Positions 47,696 to 62,600 of a stretch of 63,866 nucleotides of DNA are shown here, piece by piece. The DNA lies in the NCBI RefSeq assembly GCF_030144855.1, contig NC_082731.1, forward strand, positions 20,274,135 through 20,338,000, in the 5' to 3' direction. How positions within the stretch are numbered: the first letter of the stretch is position 1; every line of letters starts with the position of its first letter. Both the position numbers and the translations under genes were made by a program. This DNA comes from Hypanus sabinus. Its lineage: Eukaryota. The notes under the pieces are model-generated. The model saw only the letters and a program-made list of their open reading frames with translations. It did not search any database and was not told the DNA's origin.

Positions 47696-50600
47696 CACGT
47701 CCGTGAGGCAGTGAGCGCTCGGCAGAGGGCGCCCTTAGCCGGGAAAGTGGCAGGAGCGCAGAAACAAACCCTCCACAGTCACGTGATCGAGTTAAGAACG
47801 AGAAAGTTATTCGCAATAGATACGCAGATTTGAGGAACACTCCGTCAATGGAATGTGCACTAATTTGCACTGATTGAAACGTTATGACACATTTCTCAAA
47901 CAGATGCGACATGTTAGTTGACATAGGGGCAAAATATCCAGAACTGATCTGTATTTGCCAAGAGCCGGACAGCATATTTATATTACGGGTGCAGGAGAAG
48001 GAAGCGAAATAGAGATATTCGAAATAGGCGAGGCGCCAATTTCAGTGTATTTCTGGATACGTCCAAATAATGTGTGTACTATTCTCGGAATAGACACTGA
48101 AAGGCAAGCAAGGGCCATTGCAGATCCAAGAATAATATGCACAAGCTAAGGGCAGCAAGCACGTGCAATTAAATTCATACTCAACGCTGCCAGCGTAATC
48201 GCAGTGACAGCGGTTCAGAAGTCTGTAACGGCAGTGAAGGACACTGGAATTAATGCCGCAAGTACACTCCAGACAGAGAGAGAAGCACATGGATGTCAAA
48301 TAGGTATAGAGCAGTAAAAAGATATCGGTGCAAAGGAAACGCCTCTAGAGGGAAAGCAGGGAATAGCTTTGTGGATGGGTCTCGGAGGCACATAAACTGG
48401 AACACACGGTCTGGGTACAATGTGGTGAAGGACCCAGGTGAAGAATGAGCTTCAGCAGCACTGCCAGGGGATTGCTAAGCTCAGGGAGTGGACCAGCTGT
48501 CCCCGACAGAAACAATGCGCGACAGGAAAGGAAGACAAGCAAATATATATCCAGAGAGCCCGGATACCTTCGGGATGGTTATCAGATGAGTTGGGGACGA
48601 TGAGGATTTATAACCACAGCAGGTGCGGGTATTCAGCATTGCACCCAATACATCAACTGCTGGATGCACTGTCTGCCAGCTGAAGTGACAGTAATTAAAG
48701 TGGAATCTCAGCAGTAAGAGAAGAGTAAGGAGCATAAAGTAATAACAAGAAATTTCAAGTGTGCAGGAAGAAACGTCGGAAGCCAGTTGAATAAAAACAG
48801 ACAGCTCCGAGGTGCCCCTTGGATAACATTCAAGAAGCGGGGGGAAAGCTTATGTCTCGTCATTATGAAGAACAGAAACCTGCAGATGCTGGAAATCTAA
48901 GAAATACACACAGAGTGCTGGAGGAATTGACCTGGCCAGGCAGCATCTCTGTAGTGATGATCTGTAATTGATCTGCCTGGTCTGCTGCGTTCCACTGGCA
49001 TTTTGTGTGTAATGTCTTGTAATTATGGATCATTTCAGCCCGCAGGTAGAAACTTTCCCAACCAGAGACTGTACCGCCAGCAACGCTGCACGGAGTATTG
49101 TCAGGTAAACTTACCAAGGTGAAGAAAACTTGTAGACGGCTATGACTAGGAAGCACATTTCACAGGGAAAGTGATCAATAAAATGTGCCGTATGCGATGG
49201 TATCGAGAACGGTTCAACGTACCATACCACCAAGGACGCGGCCTGTAAGATTAGTGCGCCTTCAGGGACCAGAACCTCATGAGATGCCTCGTGAGATGGT
49301 GCTGCCGCTTGATGTGTTGTGTGAGTACACGGAAGATCTGAAGCAGCAAGAACAAGGGACTGGAGTTATTTGGGCACAGAGCTCGGAAAAAGCGACGCTA
49401 CCGACTTTGAGCACCGTAAATCAGCGAGATATTTGATATGTCTCTCCTCTCGCTGTGAAACGGTAACACCTCTTTTCCACTTATTAAGGAGAAAGAGAGG
49501 CTGTGATATTTCGAAAATGGGTTAACGATTTGTCTTTGATGTACTTCATATATCTGTCTTTCCTAATGCTTTCCTGCAGGCTTGAGTGCTCTTGCCGCGT
49601 GCCGTCGCTTTTTACCGGTGGGGGGAGGGGGGCCTCGTTGCTTTGATGTTGCTTTTGCGTGGCGGGGGGGGGTGTTGGGGGGCGGATTTACATTTCTAAT
49701 TTCTGCCATTCATTCGTTGGGGCACCACTCTGTTTTCCTGGATGTATTAATATTATTGCAGGATGTATTTTCTATACGTTTCTCTGACAGTAAATATACC
49801 AATTTAACCTATAGAACCTATTGAACCGTCAGTGTTCAAGAAAGGTAGCAAACATAAACCAAAGAAAACCTTTACCAAAACGACAGCTGATGGAGAAAGA
49901 CATGGGTTGATGTATTACCATTCATCCTGATGAGATTGCGAGCAATCCAAACAGCACGCTGGCTGTCAGCCACAATGATCTATAGGTAGGGTGAAAACTC
50001 ATATTCCTTATGAGATAATGACGGGCTGCGGTGAGACTGGGATGTACAGGGATAGCGAGATACTGTTTGTGAAAGAACATTGTCTGCCTCTTATCGTTTT
50101 CAAGGATTGAGCAAAACAACAGTAGCACATTGATGATCAGAGAGATGCACTGGGAAAGGAAATAGTCCACCCAAATCCCCGTGACCAACTCATGGTGAGG
50201 GTGTTGGCTGAAAGTGTATGCTCCCAGATGGATCGGACGACAGACGATACTTTTAAAAAGTGACTCGTGTTTTTGTGAATGCTTTACGAGTCAGCCAGTG
50301 GAAACGATGGATTCATATTATACTGTATTTATCACCTTCTGGTTGCGACTATAGACAATGCAGGGTATGAGTGCAGCTAGTAACCCTGTAATTATAGACA
50401 ATCCAAGAAATGGACACCAGTCAGCCACACCAGAACTGACCACAACGGATGGAAACAGATCCATAGCAAACGCGAAGGTAGAGGGCACCGAGATTGTGAG
50501 AGAAACCTGTGAATAACATGCTAAAGAGCAATGGTGAACGTACTCTGTTCCGACCGCTGATTACTGTAGGTATGTGATTAGTTTAATAGTAGGAAATAGA

Positions 50601-52197
50601 AAATATATTGCAGAAAATATCTCGGCAGAGATTTAAGTTAAAGCAGACAGATCCATAAATTCGATAGTATGGTAGAATGAGAAATATTGACGACGGAATC
50701 TGAAGACAGTTACGCTCAGTAGCAATGAGGAACAGAAGTAGATTGGCCACTTTCAGCAGTTGCGGCCAGCGATCGCCTGTTAAATTCGGCCAGGATTTGC
50801 AACCAGGGAGAGGTCGTTTTAGTAATTGAAATGAAGACCACCCGAACCCCTTATTGTACATCGATGAGAGGGCCTGTGAGCCTTATGAATTTACTTTACT
50901 GCAGCCCCTGGAAAAAGAGTTTTAGCTACCAGATAATGGAGCGATGGACAAGCAATTAACTTAGATCCAATCAGTCAGCAAAGGAAGAACCAACAGGCAT
51001 ACCCATGAAAGCTGCATTTCTAAAGACTGTTGTTCACTTTTCTAGACAAACTCTCTGCTTAGCATTTTCAAGGTACCAATTAGGTATGATAGGGTATATG
51101 TACAAACGCCTGCAGGAATTATGGGAAATTCCGACGGAGGGCATTTTTGCTGCGCAGTTTGAGTAGATCTTCCTTAAGAATGGCCTTTCGTCCAGATAAT
51201 TATATCTGCCCGTGGTGCCGGAAGCAGGAAATGGTCGAGAGAATTTTAGATCAGGCACATGTGGCGATAAATGTAATTGACTTCTGCGACTAGCCTTCAG
51301 AATCGAATATGCATTTTGGATTATTTTAGAATGCAGCTCTGAACAAATGGTTCCTCAACGCCGCAGACAATCGGACCAGACAATCCTGATTAAAATGCAT
51401 TTTGATGTCTGTGGTATGGGTGCGAATCGTGAGGTGTGAGGTTTGTGTGTGCTTATAATGAAAGCATTGTGGGTGAATTGTAAATATCGGATTGTCCTTT
51501 GATGGTTAGTACATAATATATGAGGTAGCTTGGGCAACGAGTCTTTCAACAGAAAGGGACTTAATACAGTATATTGCTCGCTGTATCTTGTTTTTTTTTC
51601 AAAAAAAAACTCACCCTGATTATACTATAATCGGCTGTCGTTTTCAGGTACGTCGTTTGCTCCACCCTCTCCTAAGGGACTCCTCTAGCTGCTGCCTCCC
51701 GTCCGCTTTCCGCGGGGATTGCTCTTTCTGCAATTGCTTTTCAACCGTAATCACCACTAATATTCAATTAAGCATTTACACTTGTAAGTGGCTGGATAAT
51801 TACACCTGCCTCACTACCATTGAGTGCCGAATACGCTTTGCCTACTTCCTGCCTCAGTGGCATGTCCTCCGTTGGCCGGAGGGACGACATGCGGAGAAAA
51901 TTGCATCTGAATTCAGATTCAGTTTATTGTCATTTATAAACCACATATACAATGCAGTTAAAAATGGGACAACGTTCCCTGGAATGATATCACGAAGAAG
52001 AACAAAACAGACCACACAAGAAAGACCACATAACGTTTGTTAATCCCCAATCCAGAGTCCTGAGAGGCGGAGGAGAGAGTAAAATCCAGGAAAAAGTGTG
52101 GGGAAATAATATGATGCAAAAGTTGAGGGAGAAAGAGTGCGATTGGGAATGATGAAGTGAGAAAATGAATATATGAGGGAGACATAAGAGCACTGAA

Positions 52198-52263
<66 letters not shown>

Positions 52264-52865
52264 TGAGAGAGAAATGGTGATCGATAGAGCAGTAAGTAGA
52301 GCGAGCGGTAGGGGAATAGAGAGAAACTGGGAAGGGGAGAATTAGTGGTCGAAAACTGTAAGAGGTTCAGGTTCAGCCTGAGGTTCAGCCTTCGTAGCGT
52401 ATTGTTTATCGCGAAGCTGTTTACAGTTCTGGGCATCGGATTTCGGTGTTCGATTCCTGCGCATCTACAAAGAGCCGGATGACATCCCTTCGGAAATTGC
52501 GGAAATTCTGCGGGATTTGCAGTCTCCGCCTACAGTCCAAAGATGTCATGTGTGTTAATGACTTATTTTAATTTGAGCAGCAATTAGGTTAGAGTCTTGG
52601 ATCTCCAGAACGAATGAGAGGGGAGAATATGGTAAGAAAAGTAGAGGCCTATCGATAAGCCTAAGTAGTTGTAAGGTAAGGACATGGTCAGCATAGCTTT
52701 GCGGGCCGCAGGCCTGTATTGTGCATTAGGTTCTAAGGTTTCTATGTTTCCAGTGAGTGAGATTGCTAATAAGAGAAAGGAGGAGAAACAAACCGAGTAA
52801 GAAATACGAGATAGAAAGAGGTACAAAGGCAAGCAGAAGCAGCAAATAGAATTGAAACAAAATGT

Positions 52866-52908
52866 GATTGGTGTCCGGACCGGATTCATTTGGCGCTCAC
52901 AGCCAATC
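52866..52908 (+). promoter_or_regulatory. V6 promoter: inverted CCAAT box pair
   Basis: Same as V4, offset +11644. Confidence 0.6.
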
Positions 52909-53040
52909 AAAGCAACGGCAGGACCGCGCCCCCACACTTAGGCAAGCTCAAATATGCCGCAGGTCTGATTTTACTCTTAATTATCGGTCAAGTATATTAA
53001 GTGATTAGACTGCAAGTAAGTTGTCTTTAGATCGGAGAGC

Positions 53041-53473
53041 ATGAATTTCCTGTGTTCTGTGCTGATTCTATTGGCCATGATGCCCGGTGAGTCTTCGCGG
53101 TAACGGTCCGTATCTGTTCCTTATATCCGGCGAAAGCTCGATCTGTTCATGCATTCTGTCATTTTATTGCAGGAGCAATTGGGAAAGATTCCGTGACACA
53201 GCGGCCGACTGATATAACGATTGTGGAAGGACAAAATGTAACACTGAACTGTAATTACACTGGCGATGCTAACTATATTTTTTGGTACGTTCAGCATCGA
53301 GTGGTTTCTCCAAAATACTTGATAAGGTTTTATAGCAGCGGAAAGATGGACCGGCATGCAGATTGTCCGGCGAGGTTTACTGGTGGTTTCGACAGAGGCA
53401 ACAAAATGGCACATTTGAAGATCTCTGGTTCTTTTCTGTCGGACTCCGCCGTGTATCTTTGTGCCATGAGTCC
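53041..53473 (+). CDS. TRAV/DV: TCR alpha/delta-type V segment V6, identical to V4 (leader 53041-53086, intron 53087-53172, V exon 53173-53473)
   Basis: Same sequence as V4 (HRVVSPK, donor GTGAGT). Confidence 0.88.
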
Positions 53474-53512
53474 CACAGTGTTGTTCGGTGATGACAGCTC
53501 CGGACAAAATCC
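53474..53512 (+). other. 23-RSS (V6)
   Basis: CACAGTG-23-ACAAAATCC. Confidence 0.93.
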
Positions 53513-55998
53513 CACGTCCGTGAGGCAGTGAGCGCTCGGCAGAGGGCGCCCTTAGCCGGGAAAGTGGCAGGAGCGCAGAAACAAACCCTCCACAGTCACG
53601 TGATCGAGTTAAGAACGAGAAAGTTATTCGCAATAGATACGCAGATTTGAGGAACACTCCGTCAATGGAATGTGCACTAATTTGCACTGATTGAAACGTT
53701 ATGACACATTTCTCAAACAGATGCGACATGTTAGTTGACATAGGGGCAAAATATCCAGAACTGATCTGTATTTGCCAAGAGCCGGACAGCATATTTATAT
53801 TACGGGTGCAGGTGAAGGAAGCGAAATAGAGATATTCGAAATAGGCGAGGCGCCAATTTCAGTGTATTTCTGGATACGTCCAAATAATGTGTGTACTATT
53901 CTCGGAATAGACACTGAAAGGCAAGCAAGGGCCATTGCAGATCCAAGAATAATATGCACAAGCTAAGGGCAGCAAGCACGTGCAATTAAATTCATACTCA
54001 ACGCTGCCAGCGTAATCGCAGTGACAGCGGTTCAGAAGTCTGTAACGGCAGTGAAGGACACTGGAATTAATGCCGCAAGTACACTCCAGACAGAGAGAGA
54101 AGCACATGGATGTCAAATAGGTATAGAGCAGTAAAAAGATATCGGTGCAAAGGAAACGCCTCTAGAGGGAAAGCAGGGAATAGCTTTGTGGATGGGTCTC
54201 GGAGGCACATAAACTGGAACACACGGTCTGGGTACAATGTGGTGAAGGACCCAGGTGAAGAATGAGCTTCAGCAGCACTGCCAGGGGATTGCTAAGCTCA
54301 GGTGGTGGACCAGCTGTCCCCGACAGAAACAATGCGCGACAGGAAAGGAAGACAAGCAAATATATATCCAGAGAGCCCGGATACCTTCGGGATGGTTATC
54401 AGATGAGTTGGGGACGATGAGGATTTATAACCACAGCAGGTGCGGGTATTCAGCATTGCACCCAATACATCAACTGCTGGATGCACTGTCTGCCAGCTGA
54501 AGTGACAGTAATTAAAGTGGAATCTCAGCAGTAAGAGAAGAGTAAGGAGCATAAAGTAATAACAAGAAATTTCAAGTGTGCAGGAAGAAACGTCGGAAGC
54601 CAGTTGAATAAAAACAGACAGCTCCGAGGTGCCCCTTGGATAACATTCAAGAAGCGGGGGGAAAGCTTATGTCTCGTCATTATGAAGAACAGAAACCTGC
54701 AGATGCTGGAAATCTAAGAAATACACACAGAGTGCTGGAGGAATTGACCTGGCCAGGCAGCATCTCTGTAGTGATGATCTGTAATTGATCTGCCTGGTCT
54801 GCTGCGTTCCACTGGCATTTTGTGTGTAATGTCTTGTAATTATGGATCATTTCAGCCCGCAGGTAGAAACTTTCCCAACCAGAGACTGTACCGCCAGCAA
54901 CGCTGCACGGAGTATTGTCAGGTAAACTTACCAAGGTGAAGAAAACTTGTAGACGGCTATGACTAGGAAGCACATTTCACAGGGAAAGTGATCAATAAAA
55001 TGTGCCGTATGCGATGGTATCGAGAACGGTCAACGTACCATACCACCAAGGACGCGGCCTGTAAGATTAGTGCGCCATCAGGGACCAGAACCTCATGAGA
55101 TGCCTCGTGAGATGGTGCTGCCGCTTGATGTGTTGTGTGAGTACACGGAAGATCTGAAGCAGCAAGAACAAGGGACTGGAGTTATTTGGGCACAGAGCTC
55201 GGAAAAAGCGACGCTACCGACTTTGAGCACCGTAAATCAGCGAGATGTTTGATATGTCTCTCCTCTCGCTGTGAAACGGTAACACCTCTTTTCCACTTAT
55301 TAAGGAGAAAGAGAGGCTGTGATATTTCGAAAATGGGTTAACGATTTGTCTTTGATGTACTTCATATATCTGTCTTTCCTAATGCTTTCCTGCAGGCTTG
55401 AGTGCTCTTGCCGCGTGCCGTCGCTTTTTACCGGTGGGGGGAGGGGGCCTCGTTGCTTTGATGTTGCTTTTGCGTGGCGGGGGGGGGGTGTTGGGGGGCG
55501 GATTTACATTTCTAATTTCTGCCATTCATTCGTTGGGGCACCACTCTGTTTTCCTGGATGTATTAATATTATTGCAGGATGTATTTTCTATACGTTTCTC
55601 TGACAGTAAATATACCAATTTAACCTATAGAACCTATTGAACCGTCAGTGTTCAAGAAAGGTAGCAAACATAAACCAAAGAAAACCTTTACCAAAACGAC
55701 AGCTGATGGAGAAAGACATGGGTTGATGTATTACCATTCATCCTGATGAGATTGCGAGCAATCCAAACAGCACGCTGGCTGTCAGCCACAATGATCTATA
55801 GGTAGGGTGAAAACTCATATTCCTTATGAGATAATGACGGGCTGCGGTGAGACTGGGATGTACAGGGATAGCGAGATACTGTTTGTGAAAGAACATTGTC
55901 TGCCTCTTATCGTTTTCAAGGATTGAGCAAAACAACAGTAGCACATTGATGATCAGAGAGATGCACTGGGAAAGGAAATAGTCCACCCAAATCCCCGT

Positions 55999-56198
55999 NN
56001 NNNNNNNNNNNNNNNNNNNNNNNNNNNNNNNNNNNNNNNNNNNNNNNNNNNNNNNNNNNNNNNNNNNNNNNNNNNNNNNNNNNNNNNNNNNNNNNNNNNN
56101 NNNNNNNNNNNNNNNNNNNNNNNNNNNNNNNNNNNNNNNNNNNNNNNNNNNNNNNNNNNNNNNNNNNNNNNNNNNNNNNNNNNNNNNNNNNNNNNNNN
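55999..56198. other. 200-N gap with ~90 bp repeated on both sides (probable contig join)
   Basis: 55909-55998 (ATCGTTTTCAAGG..ATCCCCGT) reappears right after the gap at 56199. Confidence 0.9.
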
Positions 56199-58302
56199 AT
56201 CGTTTTCAAGGATTGAGCAAAACAACAGTAGCACATTGATGATCAGAGAGATGCACTGGGAAAGGAAATAGTCCACCCAAATCCCCGTGACCAACTCATG
56301 GTGAGGGTGTTGGCTGAAAGTGTATGCTCCCAGATGGATCGGACGACAGACGATACTTTTAAAAAGTGACTCGTGTTTTTGTGAATGCTTTACGAGTCAG
56401 CCAGTGGAAACGATGGATTCATATTATACTGTATTTATCACCTTCTGGTTGCGACTATAGACAATGCAGGGTATGAGTGCAGCTAGTAACCGTGTAATTA
56501 TAGACAATCCAAGAAATGGACACCAGTCAGCCACACCAGAACTGACCACAACGGATGGAAACAGATCCATAGCAAACGCGAAGGTAGAGGGCACCGAGAT
56601 TGTGAGAGAAACCTGTGAATAACATGCTAAAGAGCAATGGTGAACGTACTCTGTTCCGACCGCTGATTACTGTAGGTATGTGATGAGTTTAATAGTAGGA
56701 AATAGAAAATATATTGCAGAAAATATCTCGCAGAGATTTAAGTTAAAGCAGACAGATCCATAAATTCGATAGTATGGTAGAATGAGAAATATTGACGACG
56801 GAATCTGAAGACAGTTACGCTCAGTAGCAATGAGGAACAGAAGTAGATTGGCCACTTTCAGCAGTTGCGGCCAGCGATCGCCTGTTAAATTCGGCCAGGA
56901 TTTGCAACCAGGGAGAGGTCGTTTTAGTAATTGAAATGAAGACCACCCGAACCCCTTATTGTACATCGATGAGAGGGCCTGTGAGCCTTATGAATTTACT
57001 TTACTGCAGCCCCTGGAAAAAGAGTTTTAGCTACCAGATAATGGAGCGATGGACAAGCAATTAACTTAGATCCAATCAGTCAGCAAAGGAAGAACCAACA
57101 GGCATACCCATGAAAGCTGCATTTCTAAAGACTGTTGTTCACTTTTCTAGACAAACTCTCTGCTTAGCATTTTCAAGGTACCAATTAGGTATGATAGGGT
57201 ATATGTACAAACGCCTGCAGGAATTATGGGAAATTCCGACGGAGGGCATTTTTGCTGCGCAGTTTGAGTAGATCTTCCTTAAGAATGGCCTTTCGTCCAG
57301 ATAATTATATCTGCCCGTGGTGCCGGGAGCAGGAAATGGTCGAGAGAATTTTAGATCAAGCACATGTGGCGATAAATGTAATTGACTTCTGCGACTAGCC
57401 TTCAGAATCGAATATGCATTTTGGATTATTTTAGAATGCAGCTCTGAACAAATGGTTCCTCAACGCCGCAGACAATCGGACCAGACAATCCTGATTAAAA
57501 TGCATTTCGATGTCTGTGGTATGGGTGCGAATCGTGAGGTGTGAGGTTTGTGTGTGCTTATAATGAAAGCATTGTGGGTGAATTGTAAATATCGGATTGT
57601 CCTTTGATGGTTAGTACATAATATATGAGGTAGCTTGGGCAACGAGTCTTTCAACAGAAAGGGACTTAATACAGTATATTGCTCGCTGTATCTTGTTTTT
57701 TTTTCAAAAAAAAACTCACCCTGATTATACTATAATCGGCTGTCGTTTTCAGGTACGTCGTTTGCTCCACCCTCTCCTAAGGGAGTCCTCTAGCTGCTCC
57801 CTCCCGTCCGCTTTCCGCGGGGATTGCTCTTTCTGCAATTGCTTTTCAACCGTAATCACCACTAATATTCAATTAAGCACTTACACTTGTAAGTGGCTGG
57901 ATAATTACACCTGCCTCACTACCATTGAGTACCGAATACGCTTTGCCTACTTCCTGCCTCAGTGGCATGTCCTCCGTTGGCCGGAGGGACGACATGCGGA
58001 GAAAATTGCATCTGAATTCAGATTCAGTTTATTGTCATTTATAAACCACATATACAATGCAGTTAAAAATGGGACAACGTTCTCTGGAATGATATCACGA
58101 AGAAGAACAAAACAGACCACACAAGAAAGACCACATAACGTTTGTTAATCCCCAATCCAGAGTCCTGAGAGGCGGAGGAGAGAGTAAAATCCAGGAAAAA
58201 GTGTGGGGAAATAATATGATGCAAAAGTTGAGGGAGAAAGAGTGCGATTGGGAATGATGAAGTGAGAAAATGAATATATGAGGGAGACATAAGAGCACTG
58301 AA

Positions 58303-58381
<79 letters not shown>

Positions 58382-58980
58382 GAGAGAAATGGTGATCGAT
58401 AGAGCAGTAAGTAGAGCGAGCGGTAGGGGAATAGAGAGAAACTGGGAAGGGGAGAATTAGTGGTCGAAAACTGTAAGAGGTTCAGGTTCAGCCTGAGGTT
58501 CAGCCTTCGTAGCGTATTGTTTATCGCGAAGCTGTTTACAGTTCTGGGCATCGGATTTCGGTGTTCGATTCCTGCGCATCTACAAAGAGCCGGATGACAT
58601 CCCTTCGGAAAGTGCGGAATTTCTGCGGGATTTGCAGTCTCCGCCTACAGTCCAAAGATGTCATGTGTGTTAATGACTTATTTTAATTTGAGCAGCAATT
58701 AGGTTAGAGTCTTGGATCTCCAGAACGAATGAGAGGGGAGAATATGGTAAGAAAAGTAGAGGCCTATCGATAAGCCTAAGTAGTTGTAAGGTAAGGACAT
58801 GGTCAGCATAGCTTTGCGGGCCGCAGGCCTGTATTGTGCATTAGGTTCTAAGGTTTCTATGTTTCCAGTGAGTGAGATTGCTAATAAGAGAAAGGAGGAG
58901 AAACAAACCGAGTAAGAAATACGAGATAGAAAGAGGTACAAAGGCAAGCAGAAGCAGCAAATAGAATTGAAACAAAATGT

Positions 58981-59023
58981 GATTGGTGTCCGGACCGGAT
59001 TCATTTGGCGCTCACAGCCAATC
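58981..59023 (+). promoter_or_regulatory. V7 promoter: inverted CCAAT box pair
   Basis: GATTGG at 58981, CCAATC ending at 59023. Confidence 0.6.
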
Positions 59024-59155
59024 AAAGCAACGGCAGGACCGCGCCCCCACACTTAGGCAAGCTCAAATATGCCGCAGGTCTGATTTTACTCTTAATTATC
59101 GGTCAAGTATATTAAGTGATTAGACTGCAAGTAAGTTGTCTTTAGATCGGAGAGC

Positions 59156-59588
59156 ATGAATTTCCTGTGTTCTGTGCTGATTCTATTGGCCATGATGCCC
59201 GGTGAGGCTTCGCGGTAACGGTCCGTATCTGTTCCTTATATCCGGCGAAAGCTCGATCTGTTCATGCATTCTGTCATTTTATTGCAGGAGCAATTGGGAA
59301 AGATTCCGTGACACAGCGGCCGACTGATATAACGATTGTGGAAGGACAAAATGTAACACTGAACTGTAATTACACTGGCGATGCTAACTATATTTTTTGG
59401 TACGTTCAGCATCGAGTGGAATCTCCAAAATACTTGATAAGGTTTTATAGCAGCGGAAAGATGGACCGGCATGCAGATTGTCCGGCGAGGTTTACTGGTG
59501 GTTTCGACAGAGGCAACAAAATGGCACATTTGAAGATCTCTGGTTCTTTTCTGTCGGACTCCGCCGTGTATCTTTGTGCCATGAGTCC
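59156..59588 (+). CDS. TRAV/DV: TCR alpha/delta-type V segment V7, identical to V5 (leader 59156-59201, intron 59202-59287, V exon 59288-59588)
   Basis: Same sequence as V5 (HRVESPK, donor GTGAGG). It lies beyond the 200-N join, so it could be a redundant copy. Confidence 0.8.
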
Positions 59589-59627
59589 CACAGTGTTGTT
59601 CGGTGATGACAGCTCCGGACAAAATCC
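59589..59627 (+). other. 23-RSS (V7)
   Basis: CACAGTG-23-ACAAAATCC. Confidence 0.93.
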
Positions 59628-62600
59628 CACGTCCGTGAGGCAGTGAGCGCTCGGCAGAGGGCGCCCTTAGCCGGGAAAGTGGCAGGAGCGCAGAAACAAA
59701 CCCTCCACAGTCACGTGATCGAGTTAAGAACGAGAAAGTTATTCGCAATAGATACGCAGATTTGAGGAACACTCCGTCAATGGAATGTGCACTAATTTGC
59801 ACTGATTGAAACGTTATGACACATTTCTCAAACAGATGCGACATGTTAGTTGACATAGGGGCAAAATATCCAGAACTGATCTGTATTTGCCAAGAGCCGG
59901 ACAGCATATTTATATTACGGGTGCAGGAGAAGGAAGCGAAATAGAGATATTCGAAATAGGCGAGGCGCCAATTTCAGTGTATTTCTGGATACGTCCAAAT
60001 AATGTGTGTACTATTCTCGGAATAGACACTGAAAGGCAAGCAAGGGCCATTGCAGATCCAAGAATAATATGCACAAGCTAAGGGCAGCAAGCACGTGCAA
60101 TTAAATTCATACTCAACGCTGCCAGCGTAATCGCAGTGACAGCGGTTCAGAAGTCTGTAACGGCAGTGAAGGACACTGGAATTAATGCCGCAAGTACACT
60201 CCAGACAGAGAGAGAAGCACATGGATGTCAAATAGGTATAGAGCAGTAAAAAGATATCGGTGCAAAGGAAACGCCTCTAGAGGGAAAGCAGGGAATAGCT
60301 TTGTGGATGGGTCTCGGAGGCACATAAACTGGAACACACGGTCTGGGTACAATGTGGTGAAGGACCCAGGTGAAGAATGAGCTTCAGCAGCACTGCCAGG
60401 GGATTGCTAAGCTCAGGGAGTGGACCAGCTGTCCCCGACAGAAACAATGCGCGACAGGAAAGGAAGACAAGCAAATATATATCCAGAGAGCCCGGATACC
60501 TTCGGGATGGTTATCAGATGAGTTGGGGACGATGAGGATTTATAACCACAGCAGGTGCGGGTATTCAGCATTGCACCCAATACATCAACTGCTGGATGCA
60601 CTGTCTGCCAGCTGAAGTGACAGTAATTAAAGTGGAATCTCAGCAGTAAGAGAAGAGTAAGGAGCATAAAGTAATAACAAGAAATTTCAAGTGTGCAGGA
60701 AGAAACGTCGGAAGCCAGTTGAATAAAAACAGACAGCTCCGAGGTGCCCCTTGGATAACATTCAAGAAGCGGGGGGAAAGCTTATGTCTCGTCATTATGA
60801 AGAACAGAAACCTGCAGATGCTGGAAATCTAAGAAATACACACAGAGTGCTGGAGGAATTGACCTGGCCAGGCAGCATCTCTGTAGTGATGATCTGTAAT
60901 TGATCTGCCTGGTCTGCTGCGTTCCACTGGCATTTTGTGTGTAATGTCTTGTAATTATGGATCATTTCAGCCCGCAGGTAGAAACTTTCCCAACCAGAGA
61001 CTGTACCGCCAGCAACGCTGCACGGAGTATTGTCAGGTAAACTTACCAAGGTGAAGAAAACTTGTAGACGGCTATGACTAGGAAGCACATTTCACAGGGA
61101 AAGTGATCAATAAAATGTGCCGTATGCGATGGTATCGAGAACGGTTCAACGTACCATACCACCAAGGACGCGGCCTGTAAGATTAGTGCGCCTTCAGGGA
61201 CCAGAACCTCATGAGATGCCTCGTGAGATGGTGCTGCCGCTTGATGTGTTGTGTGAGTACACGGAAGATCTGAAGCAGCAAGAACAAGGGACTGGAGTTA
61301 TTTGGGCACAGAGCTCGGAAAAAGCGACGCTACCGACTTTGAGCACCGTAAATCAGCGAGATATTTGATATGTCTCTCCTCTCGCTGTGAAACGGTAACA
61401 CCTCTTTTCCACTTATTAAGGAGAAAGAGAGGCTGTGATATTTCGAAAATGGGTTAACGATTTGTCTTTGATGTACTTCATATATCTGTCTTTCCTAATG
61501 CTTTCCTGCAGGCTTGAGTGCTCTTGCCGCGTGCCGTCGCTTTTTACCGGTGGGGGGAGGGGGGCCTCGTTGCTTTGATGTTGCTTTTGCGTGGCGGGGG
61601 GGGGGTGTTGGGGGGCGGATTTACATTTCTAATTTCTGCCATTCATTCGTTGGGGCACCACTCTGTTTTCCTGGATGTATTAATATTATTGCAGGATGTA
61701 TTTTCTATACGTTTCTCTGACAGTAAATATACCAATTTAACCTATAGAACCTATTGAACCGTCAGTGTTCAAGAAAGGTAGCAAACATAAACCAAAGAAA
61801 ACCTTTACCAAAACGACAGCTGATGGAGAAAGACATGGGTTGATGTATTACCATTCATCCTGATGAGATTGCGAGCAATCCAAACAGCACGCTGGCTGTC
61901 AGCCACAATGATCTATAGGTAGGGTGAAAACTCATATTCCTTATGAGATAATGACGGGCTGCGGTGAGACTGGGATGTACAGGGATAGCGAGATACTGTT
62001 TGTGAAAGAACATTGTCTGCCTCTTATCGTTTTCAAGGATTGAGCAAAACAACAGTAGCACATTGATGATCAGAGAGATGCACTGGGAAAGGAAATAGTC
62101 CACCCAAATCCCCGTGACCAACTCATGGTGAGGGTGTTGGCTGAAAGTGTATGCTCCCAGATGGATCGGACGACAGACGATACTTTTAAAAAGTGACTCG
62201 TGTTTTTGTGAATGCTTTACGAGTCAGCCAGTGGAAACGATGGATTCATATTATACTGTATTTATCACCTTCTGGTTGCGACTATAGACAATGCAGGGTA
62301 TGAGTGCAGCTAGTAACCCTGTAATTATAGACAATCCAAGAAATGGACACCAGTCAGCCACACCAGAACTGACCACAACGGATGGAAACAGATCCATAGC
62401 AAACGCGAAGGTAGAGGGCACCGAGATTGTGAGAGAAACCTGTGAATAACATGCTAAAGAGCAATGGTGAACGTACTCTGTTCCGACCGCTGATTACTGT
62501 AGGTATGTGATTAGTTTAATAGTAGGAAATAGAAAATATATTGCAGAAAATATCTCGGCAGAGATTTAAGTTAAAGCAGACAGATCCATAAATTCGATAG

